The position numbers and the translations under genes are program-made. 64,000 nt of DNA from Camelus dromedarius (lineage: Eukaryota). Shown here piece by piece: positions 63,841 through 64,000 of this stretch. Position 1 is the first letter of the stretch; each line of letters starts with the position of its first letter. The stretch is from contig NC_087437.1 of NCBI RefSeq assembly GCF_036321535.1, positions 27,344,001 to 27,408,000 on the forward strand. Direction: 5' to 3'. Below the pieces are notes generated by a model that was not told where the DNA came from, did no database searches, and saw only the letters and a program-made list of their open reading frames with translations.

Positions 63841-63841
63841 C

Positions 63842-64000
63842 TGTGTCAGTTAGGAATTGTGTTTGGCTGCCATGGACAGAGTTTGACGAGCATAAACGTA
63901 AAATGGTTTATTTTTTCTCATATAATGAGACATCTGGAAGGAGCCAATCGCTGGCTTTGTTACAGTGGTTCAAGGATATCAGAACTGCAGTCACTACATA
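63842..64000 (-). mobile_element. MaLR LTR (MLT1-type), cut by the window end
   Basis: 'tgtgtcagttaggaattgtgtttggctgc', 'ggtttattttttctcatataa'. Confidence 0.6.

Noticed and set aside
1..64000. Strand bias of LTRs/L1s as a sign of lying in an intron
   Set aside because: Orientations are mixed (more + on the left, more - on the right); insufficient to infer a host gene or its strand.
1..64000. CRISPR arrays, operons, defence systems or an intact provirus
   Set aside because: Mammalian DNA; no regularly spaced repeats and no gag/pol/env remnant recognised.

Overview
Non-coding mammalian genomic DNA, most likely camelid (camel/alpaca/llama): it carries four copies of a tRNA-Ala(AGC)-derived SINE resembling the camelid Vic-1 family plus cetartiodactyl-type L1 3' ends. 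I find no credible host protein-coding exon and no genuine RNA gene. The only recognisable protein remnant is a disabled LINE-1 ORF1 (50837-51726). The window is a dense, layered mosaic of transposons: ancient L2, MIR, CR1/L3, L1M, MaLR/ERVL LTRs and hAT/Tigger fossils, plus younger ERV1-type solo LTRs, L1 3' ends and SINEs with visible target-site duplications (TSDs). These alternate with repeat-free blocks that look like candidate enhancers. The most notable items are an L1 consisting only of 5'UTR+ORF1 (possible half-L1) with two solo LTRs in its promoter, a MER41-like LTR with an altered STAT-type site, a twin-priming micro-inversion and several nested insertions. I see no evidence for a new biological system. 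Repeat family names come from recalled consensus sequences, not a database search, and boundaries of old repeats are approximate.
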